A stretch of DNA of 64,000 nt from Eledone cirrhosa (taxonomy: Eukaryota). Below the pieces are notes generated by a model. That model made no database searches. It was not told the origin of the DNA and saw only the letters and a program-made list of their open reading frames with translations. Shown piece by piece: positions 1 to 10,739 of the stretch. The position numbers and the translations under genes were made by a program. The stretch spans positions 317,688,001 to 317,752,000 of the forward strand of contig OZ024743.1 in the NCBI GenBank assembly GCA_964016885.1, read 5' to 3'. Each line of letters opens with the position of its first letter. Positions within the stretch are counted from its first letter, which is position 1.

Positions 1-691
1 GGGCGCTGAAGGTGGAAGACTTACGTAGATTAGAGAGAAACGAAGCCTGCATGCTCCGATGGATGTGTAACAGTAATATACGTGAACGACAAAGCATAAA
101 GGAATTGAGAGAGAGACTGAGCATAAGAGGAATCAAATGCTGCGTGCAGGAGAGGCGGTTACGCTGGTATGGACATGTGATGCGTATGAAGGATGACAGC
201 TGCATAAAAAGGTGCAGAGCACTAGAAGTTGATGGAAACCGCGGAGTGGGGAGACCCAAGATGACTTGGGATGAGGTGATAAAAGCCGACCTTACCCAAC
301 TACACCTCTCAAAGTCAATGACACACGACCGTGACTTCTGGCGTCACGCAGTAATACAGGGTACCCGACCTCCCATGGGTACATGCTGAAGCATATAAAC
401 AATATGCCCCCCCCCCCCCCCCCACCGCAAGGTGGTCGTGGCGGCGCCACGGCAAAAAAGCACCCAGCCCACACTGTAAAGTGGACGTGTAGGCGCCACG
501 AAAAAGCACCCAGCACTCACTGTAAATGAGGTTGGTGTTAGGAAGGGCATCCAGCTATAGAAATCAAGCCAGATCAGTTCCTGTATGAGCAAGGCATGGT
601 CAGCCGACCAGACACTGCCCACAACAGGACAACCCGTCTAACCCATGCTAGCGTGGAAGAACGGACGTAAAACGGTGATGATGATGATGAT
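1..691 (+). mobile_element. 3' end of an RTE-clade LINE (ORF2 C-terminus, 3'UTR, (GAT)n tail); runs off the left window edge
   Basis: ORF 12-389 encodes the typical RTE C-terminal tract (MLRWMC...RRLRWYGHVMRM...GRPKMTW...DRDFWR). The 3'UTR has internal ~47-bp repeats, and a (GAT)n tail lies at 676-691. Confidence 0.9.
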
Positions 692-742
692 AGTTAAATA
701 TAAACACATTATATAGTTAAATATAAACACTTTATATAGTTA

Positions 743-3622
743 CGCATATATGTGACGCAAATAACCTAACTATCTGTAACACTAACTTCAAAAAACGAGA
801 CAAACACTTGATCACCTATAGATCAGGGGAACACACCAGTCAGATAGATTATATCCTTACCAGAAGACGTGATAGAGTGTCTGTTGTAAACACTAAATCC
901 CTCTCCCATGAAGAATGCACCTCCCAACATAGACTCATAGTCAGCGACCTCATAGTCAGGACAAGACGTACTCGACAACAGAGGAGGACTATCCTCAAGA
1001 GAAAAATATGGAAGCTAAAGGACCCCACAGCCAGTAATAAATTTAAAAGCATATTACTTGATGCTTTTGACAGTAAAGAAGAGCAATTAGAGTCGTATAA
1101 TATAGAGGAACAGTGGGAATTCCTGAAAGCTAACCTGCTGAAGGTGGCAGATGAAGTCTGTGGCTGGAGCAGGCCTATAAGCAGGAGGAGAGTAACGTGG
1201 TGGTGGAACAGTAAGGTGGAAGAGTCAATTAAGGCCAAAAAGCAGGCTTGGAAAGTATGGCGGGATGGGGAAAGAAGAGAATACTATCAAGTGGCCAGGA
1301 GGGAAGCTAGAAGACAAGTGTACTTCGCAAGAAGGAAAGCAGAGGAAAGAAAGTTCAAGCATGTTCTACAACGCGAGGACCAAAAACGTGAGGTGTTCAG
1401 GATTGCTAGGCAATGTGTCAAGGAAAACCGTGATATGGTCGGGGAGAAGTGTGTCCTTAATGATGATGCTGTACTTGCCATCACTGACGCTGATAAGAAG
1501 GTAGCTTGGAAGTGTCACTACGAAAGACTACTAAATGAGGAGAATAAATGGGAGAAAGACAGTCTCCCCCACATCGATCCAATAGAGGGACCAGTAGTGC
1601 TAGTTGAAGGTAGTATAATGAGTAAGGCAATCAAAGATATGAAGATGGGTAAGGCGGCTGGGCCTTCGGAAATAGTTGCTGAAATGCTGAAAGCATCTGG
1701 AATGGTGGGACACACTATGGTCACCCGGATAGTAAACCAAGTCATACAGAATGGGGTCGTTCCGAAGGACTGGCATAGCAGCATCATCATTAACTGCTTC
1801 AAGGGTAAAGGAGATGCCCTAGATAGGGGTAACTATAGAGGCATTAAATTAATCGACCAGGTCATGAAAGTCACAGAAAAAGTAATAGCACAACTAATCA
1901 GAGAGCGAATTGATCTAGATGAAATGCAGTTCGGGTTTGTGTCAGGTAAAAGTACCACAGACGCTCTTTTGTACGGCAACTACAGGAGAAGTACCTAGCT
2001 AAAAGTAAACCCCTATACTTAGCTTTTGTTGACTTGGAGAAAGCCTTTGACAGAGTCCCCCGCTACATTATCTGGTGGGCTCTTAGAAAACTAGGTGTTG
2101 ATAAATGGCTTGTGAGAGCTATACAAGCCATGTATAAAGAAACAGTCAGCAAGGTTAGAATTAACAACGAATATAGTGAAGAGTTTAGCGTAAAAGTTGG
2201 TGTTCATCAGGGCTCCGTTCTTAGCCCCTACTATTTATTATTGCCCTTCAGGCTATAACAGAGGAGTTCAAGACCGGCTGCCTATGGGAACTCCTATACG
2301 CAGATGATCTAACGCTCATAGCTGAATCAATGGTCGAACTAGAGAAGAAATTCCAAACATGGAAGCATGGCCTAGAATCAAAAGGCCTTAAAATTAACCT
2401 GTCTAAGACTAAAGTTCTAATTTGTAGGAATGAAAATAGGGCACCGGTCCCATCTGGGAAATGGCCATGCTCAGTGTGTAGGAAAGGAGTAGGCAGAAAC
2501 TCCATTTTATGTCCCAAATGCAAAGTATGGGTGCATAAAAGATGTAGTGGGATCACAGGTAAGCTAACTAAGAATATAGATTTTATATGTGGCCGGTGCT
2601 CTGGTGCAATAAGTAGCAGCAAGTGCCCACAGAATACTAGCTCACTCCATTGCACAGATGGTTCTATAGAAATAGTGGACACCTTCCGTTACCTGGGTGA
2701 CAAAATCAGCAGTGGTGGAGGGTGCTCTGAAAGTACAGTAGCTAGAGTCAGAACTGGATGGAAAAAGTTCAGAGAGCTTATACCACTATTGGCCGCTAAA
2801 GGGTTCTCTCTAAAAATGAAAAGCAGGCTGTATGATGCCTGCATACGAACAGCAATGTTACATGGCAGTGAGACCTGGGCATTGTGTGCAGAGGATATAC
2901 GCAGACTGGAGAGAAACGAAGATTGCATGCTCCGTTGGATGTGTAATAGTAATATACGTGAACGGCAAAGCATAAACGAACTAAGGGAGAAATTAGGAAT
3001 AAGAGGGATCAGATGTTGTTTACTCGAGAGAAGACTATGTTGGTATGGTCACGTGATGCGCATGAAAGACAACAGCTGTATAAAAAAGTGCAGGGCGATA
3101 AAAATAGTAGGCAGACCCAGAAAAACCTGGGACGACTTGATAAATTCCGACCTCACACACTTAGACCTCTCCAAGACAATGTCACTGGACCGAGATCTTT
3201 GGCGCTACACAGTAATACAGAAGACCCGCCTTGCCTAAGTACAAAGTAAAACCTACAGTCACTAGGCACCTCTAACAAAAATACACCCCCATCCCACTAC
3301 CCTCACCCCATCCACACCACCCCTTTCAATGTAAAGTTATGTTGGTACCACAACATCCAGTCCGAAACAAATGAGGTCGTGTAGGTGTCACGACAAAAAG
3401 ACACACAGTCCATGCTGTAATGTGGCCGTGTAGGTAATACGGTAAAAACCTCCCAGTCCACACTGTAAACGTGGTTGGTGTTAGGAAGGGCATCCAGCCG
3501 TAGAAAACCCGCCAGACAGTCCTATGCGAGCAAGACAACCACTCTTGCCTCAAGTGGGAAAATTCCCGTCCAAACCCATGCAAGCGTGGAAGATGGATGT
3601 TAAACGATGATGATGATGATGA
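743..3622 (+). mobile_element. 5'-truncated RTE-clade LINE with two frameshifts (APE endonuclease C-terminus, RT with PHD finger, 3'UTR, (GAT)n tail)
   Basis: ORFs 808-1998, 2034-2258 and 2330-3238 carry consecutive ORF2 motifs: ITYRSG..SQIDYIL (APE end), KGKGD..NYRGIKL, QFGF, DLEKAFDRVP, GVHQGSVLSP, YADD (2297-2308), FRYLG, WYGHVMRM. Frameshifts lie near 1965 and 2230. The (GAT)n tail is at 3606-3622. A 21-bp direct repeat TAGTTAAATATAAACACTTTA flanks the element at 714-734 and 3623-3643. Confidence 0.93.
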
Positions 3623-3885
3623 TAGTTAAATATAAACACTTTAAAACAAACAGATTTGTGTCATAGAAGCTGACGTGGTTTCAGGCAGTTTTGGTATGAA
3701 AAGGGTTAATGACCTTAGTCAAATGAAAGGAAGTGGCTGTGATATTTAGCATGTCTTCCAAAGCTGGTTGAGACCTGAACGAGGAGGAAAATACCAATGA
3801 CTCATGGGTTCCTGCTGTAGTAAGCAATGTATCAAGACATTGAGTTGTTCTCAAAGTGGAGGTCACCATTTGATGGACTAACATC

Positions 3886-5031
3886 TCATCCATCATCATC
3901 ATCATATGCCTATTTTTCATGCTTGCATGGTTTAGACAGGCTCTTATGTTATGTGACTAGACAGGTCAGGTGACCACATCTTGCTCATACACTCTATTTT
4001 GGCTTGGGTTTTCTGTGACTGGATACACCTTCCTAATTCCAACCACTTTATAGTGTGTACTGGGAGCTTTATCATGGCACCAGCACTACCACCTTACAGT
4101 GTCGATTAGGTGCTGTTATGGCACCAGTACTACCACCTTACAGGGTAGACTGTGTACTTTTTAGCGTGACATCAGCACAACCACCTTACAGGGTGAACTG
4201 GATGTTTTTTCTTGCATCACCAGCATGAACACCTTACAATATGTACTGGGTGTTTTTTGCCGTGGCACCAGTTCTACTACTTTATAGGGTAAACTGGGTA
4301 CTTTTTATCATGACACCAGCACAACCATCTATAGGATGGACAGTGCTTTTTGTCATGGCACCAGTACTCCCACCTTACAGAATGGATTCGGTGTTTTTTG
4401 TCATGACAACAGCATGACTACCTTACAGAGTGGACTTGGTGCTTTTGTTATGGCACCAACACTACCACCTTACAGGATGGGCTGGGTACTTTTGTCATGG
4501 CACCATCACTACCACCTTACAGGATGGGCTGGGTACTTTTGTCATGGCACCATCACTACCACCTTACAGGATGGGCTGGGTACTTTTGTCATGGCACCAT
4601 CACTACCACCTTACAGGATGGGCTGGGTACTTTTGTCATGGCACCATCACTACCACCTTACAGGATGGGCTGGGTACTTTTGTCATAGCACCATCACTAC
4701 CACCTTACAGGATGGGCTGGGTACTTTTGTCATAGCACCATCACTACCACTTTACAGGGTGGACTGGATACTCTTGTCATGGCACCAACACTACCACCTT
4801 ACAGGATGGGCTGGGTACTTTTGTCATAGCACCATCACTACCACCTTACAGGGTGGACTGGATACTCTTGTCATGGCACCAACACTACCACCTTACAGGA
4901 TGGGCTGGGTACTTTTGTCATAGCACCATCACTACCACCTTACAGGGTGGACTGGATACTCTTGTCATGGCACCAACACTACCACCTTAAAGGATGGGCT
5001 GGGTACTTTTGTCATAACATCATCACTACTA
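3886..5031 (-). mobile_element. Minus-strand RTE-type 3'UTR/tail remnant (or RTE-tailed SINE) carrying an expanded internal repeat
   Basis: (CAT)n at 3886-3905 is followed by a degenerate reverse complement of the RTE 3' terminus (CATGCTTGCATGG.., CCTTCCTAATTCCAACCACTTTA), matching the 3'UTRs at 520-691 and 3460-3622. Confidence 0.75.
4050..5031. repeat. 47-bp minisatellite, about 21 units
   Basis: Unit GGGTACTTTTGTCATGGCACCATCACTACCACCTTACAGGATGGGCT is visible in tandem. Units are degenerate at 4050-4440 and nearly identical at 4450-5031. Confidence 0.95.
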
Positions 5032-5206
5032 GCATATAAAATAATTTAGGTTGCTTAAGAGTTTATCTCAGTGCCCATTGATTGGGTGTTTAATCTTTAA
5101 GATATTATCTAAATCTAAACAATCTAAACAATCTTGAAATATCAAACATGACTACCTTTTTTCTCCCACAGATATATCAAACATGTTTGCTCTCTTTCTT
5201 CCTCAG

Positions 5207-5266
5207 GTATATCTTCAAAGCTCCTATGGATGGAGAAAGGCATTTGCATTACCTTCTGTCATTGTT
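5207..5266 (+). CDS. Internal 60-bp exon of a host major facilitator superfamily transporter (possibly SLC37/GlpT-like)
   Basis: Polypyrimidine acceptor CTCTCTTTCTTCCTCAG and consensus donor GTAAGT. It translates to VYLQSSYGWRKAFALPSVIV, containing the GWRxxF motif found before TM6 of MFS proteins. Confidence 0.75.
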
Positions 5267-5688
5267 GTAAGTTTTCACCTTGATGTTTAATTTTATGATT
5301 ATTTAACTCCCCCCTCTCCCCTGTCCTATAACCAAAGATGTCCCAGTCATGTATATACATGTGTATATATATATATAAGATTCGGACCTGGATTTCTACT
5401 TGGCAAATTTGGACTGCGACCTTCCAACATCTTGATCAGCCATGAATCACCAGCAGACTACCCAGACTTCAAATTGTGGGAATTTTTTAAAACTATATAT
5501 ATATATATATGTATATATATGTACGTCAATACTCATCTTTTTCCATTTCTCCGAGGGTTCTTAACCCCACTATCAGGCTAAATAATTTCTTTAATTTCTT
5601 TAGTCAAAATACGGCGATAGCTTACATTTCTAATAATTTCAAACCAACTCGCTGTTTCAAAAATATTCTTACTTGATATATATATATG

Positions 5689-6328
5689 GATGGATGTGTA
5701 ATAGTAATATATGCGAACGACAAAGCATAAATGAATTGAGAGAGAGACTGAGCATAAGAGGAATCAAATGCTGTGTGTAGGAGAGGCGGTTGCGTTGGTA
5801 TGGACATGTGATGCGTATGAAGGATGACAGCTGCATAAAAAGGTGCAGAGCACTAGAAGTCGATGGAAACCGCAGAGTGGGGAGACCCAAGGTGACCTGG
5901 GATGAGGTGATAAAAGCCGACCTTACCCAATTACACCTCTCAAAGGCGATGACACACGACCGTGACCTCTGGCGTCGAGCAGTAATACAGAGTACCCGAC
6001 CTCCCATGGGTACAAGCTGAAGCATATAGACAATATGCCTCCACACCCCCCACTGCAAGGTGGTCGTGGAGGTGCCACGGAAAAAAAGCACCCAGCCCAC
6101 ACTGTAAAGTGGACGTGTAGGCGCCACGGAAAAGCACCCAGCACTCACTGTAAATGAGGGTGGTGTTAGGAAGAGCATCCAGCTGTAGAAATCAAGCCAA
6201 ATCAGTTCCTGTATGAGCAAGGCATGGTCAGCCGACCAGACACTGCTCACAACAGGACAACCCGTCTAACCCATGCTAGCGTGGAAGAACGGACGTAAAA
6301 CGGTGATGATGATGATGATGATGATGAT
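5689..6328 (+). mobile_element. 5'-truncated RTE LINE 3' fragment, close sister of the copy at 1-691
   Basis: Aligns almost base for base with 58-691 (RWYGHVMRMKDDSCIKRCRALEVDGNR..). It has the same 3'UTR and a (GAT)n tail at 6304-6328, with (TA)n on both sides. Confidence 0.92.
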
Positions 6329-6499
6329 ATATATATATAAAGAAGAAATTAAAAGATGGTTAAAAAAGATCCATATATTTTATTATGTGCATTTCGAAAA
6401 AAATATCATCCTGTGTTCTCATCAGATAAAATAAGGTAACATGATATGAGGCCTAAAAAGACTTGTGAACAAGAAAGTGTCCAGTCTACATATGACAAA

Positions 6500-6602
6500 A
6501 ATATAGAAGAGAAAAAATGAAGAAAAGGAAAGAAGAAGGAAAAAGAAATAGAAGAGAGGAAAAAAAAAGAAAGAAGGAGGAGAGAGAAAAAGAGAGAGAT
6601 AG
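6500..6602. repeat. Polypurine (A/G) low-complexity tract
   Basis: About 100 bp almost entirely A and G on the + strand. Confidence 0.8.
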
Positions 6603-6895
6603 TTTTGATTGGGAACGCTGTCAAAAAACGAAAACTGCTACTTGAATGCTACTTATCTGATATATGCATAGTTTTATTGTTCTACAATATTACTCACCTC
6701 CTACACAGACACACATATATATATATATATAATAAGATGTAATAGTTTGCTTGAAGCATTGTAGAATATGAAAATGAAAAGTGGGTATGTTTAGCAAGCT
6801 GTACAATCCAAGTGGGTTAGAATTACCAAAAAGTGGGAGAAGGAAAACAAAAAATAGAATGACTGAAAGTTACCTTAGTGATTTATTAGTCCCAA

Positions 6896-6957
6896 AATTA
6901 TCTTCCTGGTAGCTGTTTATTAAAAATGACAAATAAACAGCTACCAGGAAGATAATT
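6896..6957. repeat. Perfect 26-bp inverted repeat with a 10-nt loop
   Basis: AATTATCTTCCTGGTAGCTGTTTATT (6896-6921) and its exact reverse complement AATAAACAGCTACCAGGAAGATAATT (6932-6957). Confidence 0.95.
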
Positions 6958-6969
6958 CCTGATTTCTCT

Positions 6970-7410
6970 GACACATATAACTTAAATCTGTCTAATTAAT
7001 TTTGCTAGTTCAGCAATTTTCATGACATAGTCCAGCAACTTGATGCATCTGTAGTTATCTATCTCTGGTGCATCTCCTTTGCTCTTATAGCAATTTACAA
7101 TGCTACTGCTGTGCTAGTCATTGGGTATGGCATCATCCGGTAATTACGTGATTAACTATGCATCTGACTAGCTCCTATCCTACTATGCCGGATCTTTTTA
7201 GCATCTCAGCAACTATACCAGATGGTCCATCTACCATCCCTATTTTTATGTCCTTTATTGCTTTATCTATCACACTGCTGTCACCTTTTATAGCTGGTTC
7301 CTCAGTTGGGTCTACATGGAATCAGTCCTCACTGTCCCATTTATTCTCTTTGTTCAGCTGTCTCTTGTAGTAAGTCTTCCATACCTCTTTATTTTTAGCA
7401 TCACGCTGGG
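6970..7410 (-). mobile_element. Old degenerate RTE ORF2 fragment
   Basis: The reverse strand reads WKTYYKRQLNKENKWD ... NYRCIKLLDYVM, homologous to WKCHYERLLNEENKWE ... NYRGIKLIDQVM in the element at 743-3622. Confidence 0.8.
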
Positions 7411-7448
7411 TAAGTGTATATGTATATATATATATGTGTGTGTATATA

Positions 7449-8642
7449 CAAGCCGGCTTCCGAAAAAATCGATCTTGCATGGAACAGATCTTTACACTAC
7501 GCACCATTCTCGAACAATGCATTGAGCTACAACAGCCTTTGATGGTCAATTTTATTGATTTCCAGAAGGCATTTGACAGTGTACACCGGGAGTCGCTGTG
7601 GAATGTTGCGCAACTGTATGGCATTCCTGCAAGATTCATCGCCATTTTCAAGGCCCTGTATAAAAACTCCAGCTGCTGCATGTGGACTGAGTTCAGTGTG
7701 ATGGAGTTCTTTGACATTGTCTCCGGAGTCAGACAGGGTTGCATTTTCTCTCCACTGTTGTTCCTGCTGGCAGCCGATTTCGTACTAAGGCGAATGGATG
7801 AAGGACCCGGTCGAGGAATCCCATGGTGAGGGCAGTCGAGGCTGAGGGACCTGGCATTCGCCAACAACATCGCTTTGATCGCTGAAAACAGTGCAGATCT
7901 GCAGGCCCTAACAACACCCCTACAAGAGAGTGCGGAAAAGATTGGCCTGAGAATCAACACCAAAAAGACCAAGGTCATGAGAACGCCCAGCAACACAGGT
8001 CCACAGAGTCAACCAACAGGACCTCAAGGAAGTCGATCACTTCACCTATCTGGGTAGCATCCTGACAAGCAGCGGCGATGCGGAGCTTGACATCAACTAT
8101 CGGATCGGCAAAGGAGCCGCAGTTTTCTCGCGGCTGTGCCCAGTCTGGTCGTCTTCATGCATTAGCACCAAGACCAAGCTCCGCCTGTACAAGAGCATCG
8201 TGCTGCCGACAGTGCTTTATGCGAGCGAGATCTGGAAGAGTACAGCAAAAATAGAGAGACGGCTGAACGCTTTCCACCAGCGATGCCTGCGAAAGATCCT
8301 TTGTGTGTCCTGGCATGACCGAGTGCGAAACGACGAGATCCTGCAGAGAGCCGAGTCGTGGACGCTACAGAGAATGGTCACGGAGCGTCAGTGCCGTCTG
8401 GCTGGCCATATTCTGTGTCTGCCAAATGAACGGCATTCGAAAACAGCGATAAACTGGACTCCGCCTGGCGGTAAACGGAGGCAGGGTTGCCCAAGGATCA
8501 CCTGGCGAAGAACGTTCCGGAAGGTCCTGATGGCAGCCAACATCACCTGGCACAGTCTCGAAAAAGTTGCCGCTGATCGTGAGTGTTGGCGAGTACCTAC
8601 TGCTCGATGCGCTGAACAACGCAGAAGAATCTAAGACTAAGA
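7449..8642 (+). mobile_element. 5'-truncated, inactivated RTE-clade LINE of a second, GC-richer family
   Basis: Motifs QAGFRKNRSC, FIDFQKAFDSV, GVRQGCIFSPLLF, a decayed catalytic motif (DLAFANN), HFTYLGS and LAGHIL..TWRR. It has an internal stop at 7827-7829 and frameshifts. A CTAAGACTAAGA tail follows the stop codon directly. Flanks are TA/TG microsatellite. Confidence 0.9.
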
Positions 8643-8645
8643 TAT

Positions 8646-8679
<34 letters not shown>

Positions 8680-8780
8680 TCATCATCATCATTTAACATC
8701 GATTTTATCACATTAGCTTGAGTTAGATGGGTTGTCCTATTTGAGGTAAGTCAGGTGAGGTGACTGTGTCTTTTGTGTGG
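8680..8780 (-). mobile_element. Short degenerate RTE/SINE 3' tail remnant
   Basis: (CAT)n followed by TTTAACATCGATTTT..AGCTTGAGTTAGATGGGTTGTCC, the reverse complement of the RTE terminus GGACAACCCGTCTAACCCATGCT..TAAAACG(GAT)n. Confidence 0.65.
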
Positions 8781-9037
8781 TTTTCACCACAAGTAACCCT
8801 CGGAGGTTTCCCCCCTATTGAGGAATTTTTCATTGTTTCAATTTTCATTTTTATTGTTTATATGTATATATATGTTTCTATGTTTCTATATCTTTTTTTC
8901 TTTTCTTATATAAATAATAAAAATCTTTACACGCACAAAACCCACATCATACCGTCCTGTGCCGTCTGTAATGTTTTTCTTGATGTCAGCCCTTGTGGCC
9001 AATAAAGAAATTATTATTATTATTATTATTATTATTA
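8780..9037 (+). mobile_element. Probable 3' end of another retroposon with an (ATT)n tail
   Basis: Ends in GTCAGCCCTTGTGGCCAATAAAGAAA followed by (TTA)n, a retroposon-like terminus. Family not identified. Confidence 0.4.
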
Positions 9038-9310
9038 GTAGTAGTAGTAGTAGAGATATACATAGAGAGAAAGGAAAAGGATATAGTGTGGGTATTTGCA
9101 ATGTCTAAACACACTAGTATGTCTGTGTGTGTATATATATATATATATGTATGTATATTATATATATATATGTGTATGTGTGTTTATAAATGCTATGTAA
9201 TTATTTAATTATGGTTTACCTTCACAACATGCATATGCAGTCACTTGTTGAGACACACACATACACACACACTCAATGAGACATACACATACAAGCAAAC
9301 ATATGTCATG
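9010..9310. repeat. Microsatellite cluster: (TTA)n, (TAG)n, (TA)n, (TG)n, (CA)n
   Basis: Directly visible simple repeats. Confidence 0.9.
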
Positions 9311-9334
9311 TATATTTTTATTCCTCTCTTTCAG

Positions 9335-9407
9335 TTGTTATTTGGCATCCTTGTATTTCTGATGTTTAAACAACCCCGAGAATTAGACATTGAAGTGCCT
9401 GGCAAAG
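9335..9407 (+). CDS. Next internal exon (73 bp) of the same MFS transporter
   Basis: Acceptor TTTTTATTCCTCTCTTTCAG and donor AAG|GTGACA (weaker). It translates in phase with the 5207-5266 exon to LLFGILVFLMFKQPRELDIEVPGK, completing a hydrophobic helix followed by a P-containing loop start. Confidence 0.7.
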
Positions 9408-9459
9408 GTGACAGGTTTTTGTTTTTCTCATTTTTGTTATTCTTAGTAATTCCCTTTGT

Positions 9460-10150
9460 GTGAAAAGGGGTGGTGATGTATACAATGCAAATGTTGGGAC
9501 AGCAGGCAGGTTAACAGGAAAGGAAGACTTTGTATATAGTAGATGCAGAGGGGTAAGTGATAGTAAGATGGTCAGAGATACAAACCATTTCCAGTCCTGG
9601 GAAGGATCCATAGAAGTGGTTAATAGCTTCTGCTACCTAGGTGATATAATTAGCAATGGAGGTGGGTGTTCCGAGAACATAGTAGCCAGAATAAGGACAG
9701 GGTGGAAAAAGTTTAAGGAGCTACTCCTTCTGTTGACAAAAAAAGGTTTCTCTCTACGATCAAAAGGCTGGCGTAATCTGAAAGCTTGGAATTCAGACCA
9801 AAACCTATCCATGCAATGAACACTCTCGAGAGAAACTCTTTTAAATGCACATAGAAACCATAGAACTAGTTTATAGTTTGTGCTACCTGGAAAATCAAAT
9901 CAATAGTGGAGGTGGGAGCTCAGAACGTACTGTTGCCAGAATAAGAACATGACAGAAAACGTTCAGGGCTTTGCTGCCGCTGCTAGTTACAAGAGGTTTC
10001 TCACTCAAGATAAAAGGCAAGCTGTATGATGCCTGTGTGCAAATAGTAATGCTACATGAAGCGAAAACTGGGCACTATGTACAGCAGATCTACGTGGATT
10101 GGAAAGAAATAAAGCTGGCATGCTGATGGATATGTAACAGTGGTGTACAT
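9460..10150 (+). mobile_element. Two adjacent degenerate RTE ORF2 fragments covering the same region
   Basis: 9460-9770 encodes GSIEVVNSFCYLGDIISNGGGCSENIVARIRTGWKKFKEL. 9850-10150 repeats this region in more decayed form and continues through KGKLYDACV. Confidence 0.8.
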
Positions 10151-10448
10151 ATTGGAATGTTTTGCATTATTTAACAAATGACTGGTGTGTATGTATGTGT
10201 GTATATGTTATGTATGTATATGTGTGTGAATGTATAAAACATTATATATGACAAAAAACATTATATGACAAAAACATGAAAAAAACATTATATGACAAAA
10301 AACATTATGACAAAAAACATTATATATGACAAAAAACATTATATGACAAAAAACACTATATGACAAAAAACATTATATATGACAAAAAACATTATATGAC
10401 AAAAAACATATGACAAAAACATTATATATGACAAAAAACATTATATAT

Positions 10449-10739
10449 GAAATTAGGGATAAGAGGGATCAGATGCTGTTTACTCGAGAAAAGACTGCGT
10501 TGGTATGGTCACGTAATGCGCATGGAAGACGACAGATGTATAAATAGACGGTAGCTACGGAGTAGGCAGACCCAGAAAAACCTGGGACGACTTGATAATT
10601 TCCGACCTCACACACTTACACCTCTCCAAGACAATGTCACTGGACTGAGATCTTTGGCGCTCCGCAGTAATACAGAAGACCTGCCTTGCCTAAGTACAAA
10701 GCAAAACCTACAGTCAGTAGGCACCTCTTAACCAAAATA
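10449..10739 (+). mobile_element. RTE fragment truncated at both ends, embedded in the satellite
   Basis: Highly similar to 2989-3283 (GAAATTAGG..GATCAGATG..GGCAGACCCAGAAAAACCTGGGACGAC..CCTAAGTACAAAG). It lacks the rest of the 3'UTR and the tail. Confidence 0.9.

Noticed and set aside
407-423. C17 homopolymer as a G-quadruplex element
   Set aside because: The sister copy near 6037-6052 has an interrupted C-rich tract, so this looks like local slippage or a consensus artefact.
849-2973. Antisense ORFs over the RTE (849-1238, 1518-1802, 2248-2682, 2689-2973), and similarly 5669-6250 and 7322-7996
   Set aside because: These are shadow ORFs on the strand opposite LINE coding sequence, with no independent motifs.
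4336-4923. 195-aa ORF with His/Thr repeats
   Set aside because: It is a by-product of the 47-bp minisatellite cycling through all three frames.
6406-9208. Hydrophobic ORFs at 6406-6624, 8760-9005, 8886-9101 and 8993-9208
   Set aside because: They derive from polypyrimidine tracts and microsatellites.
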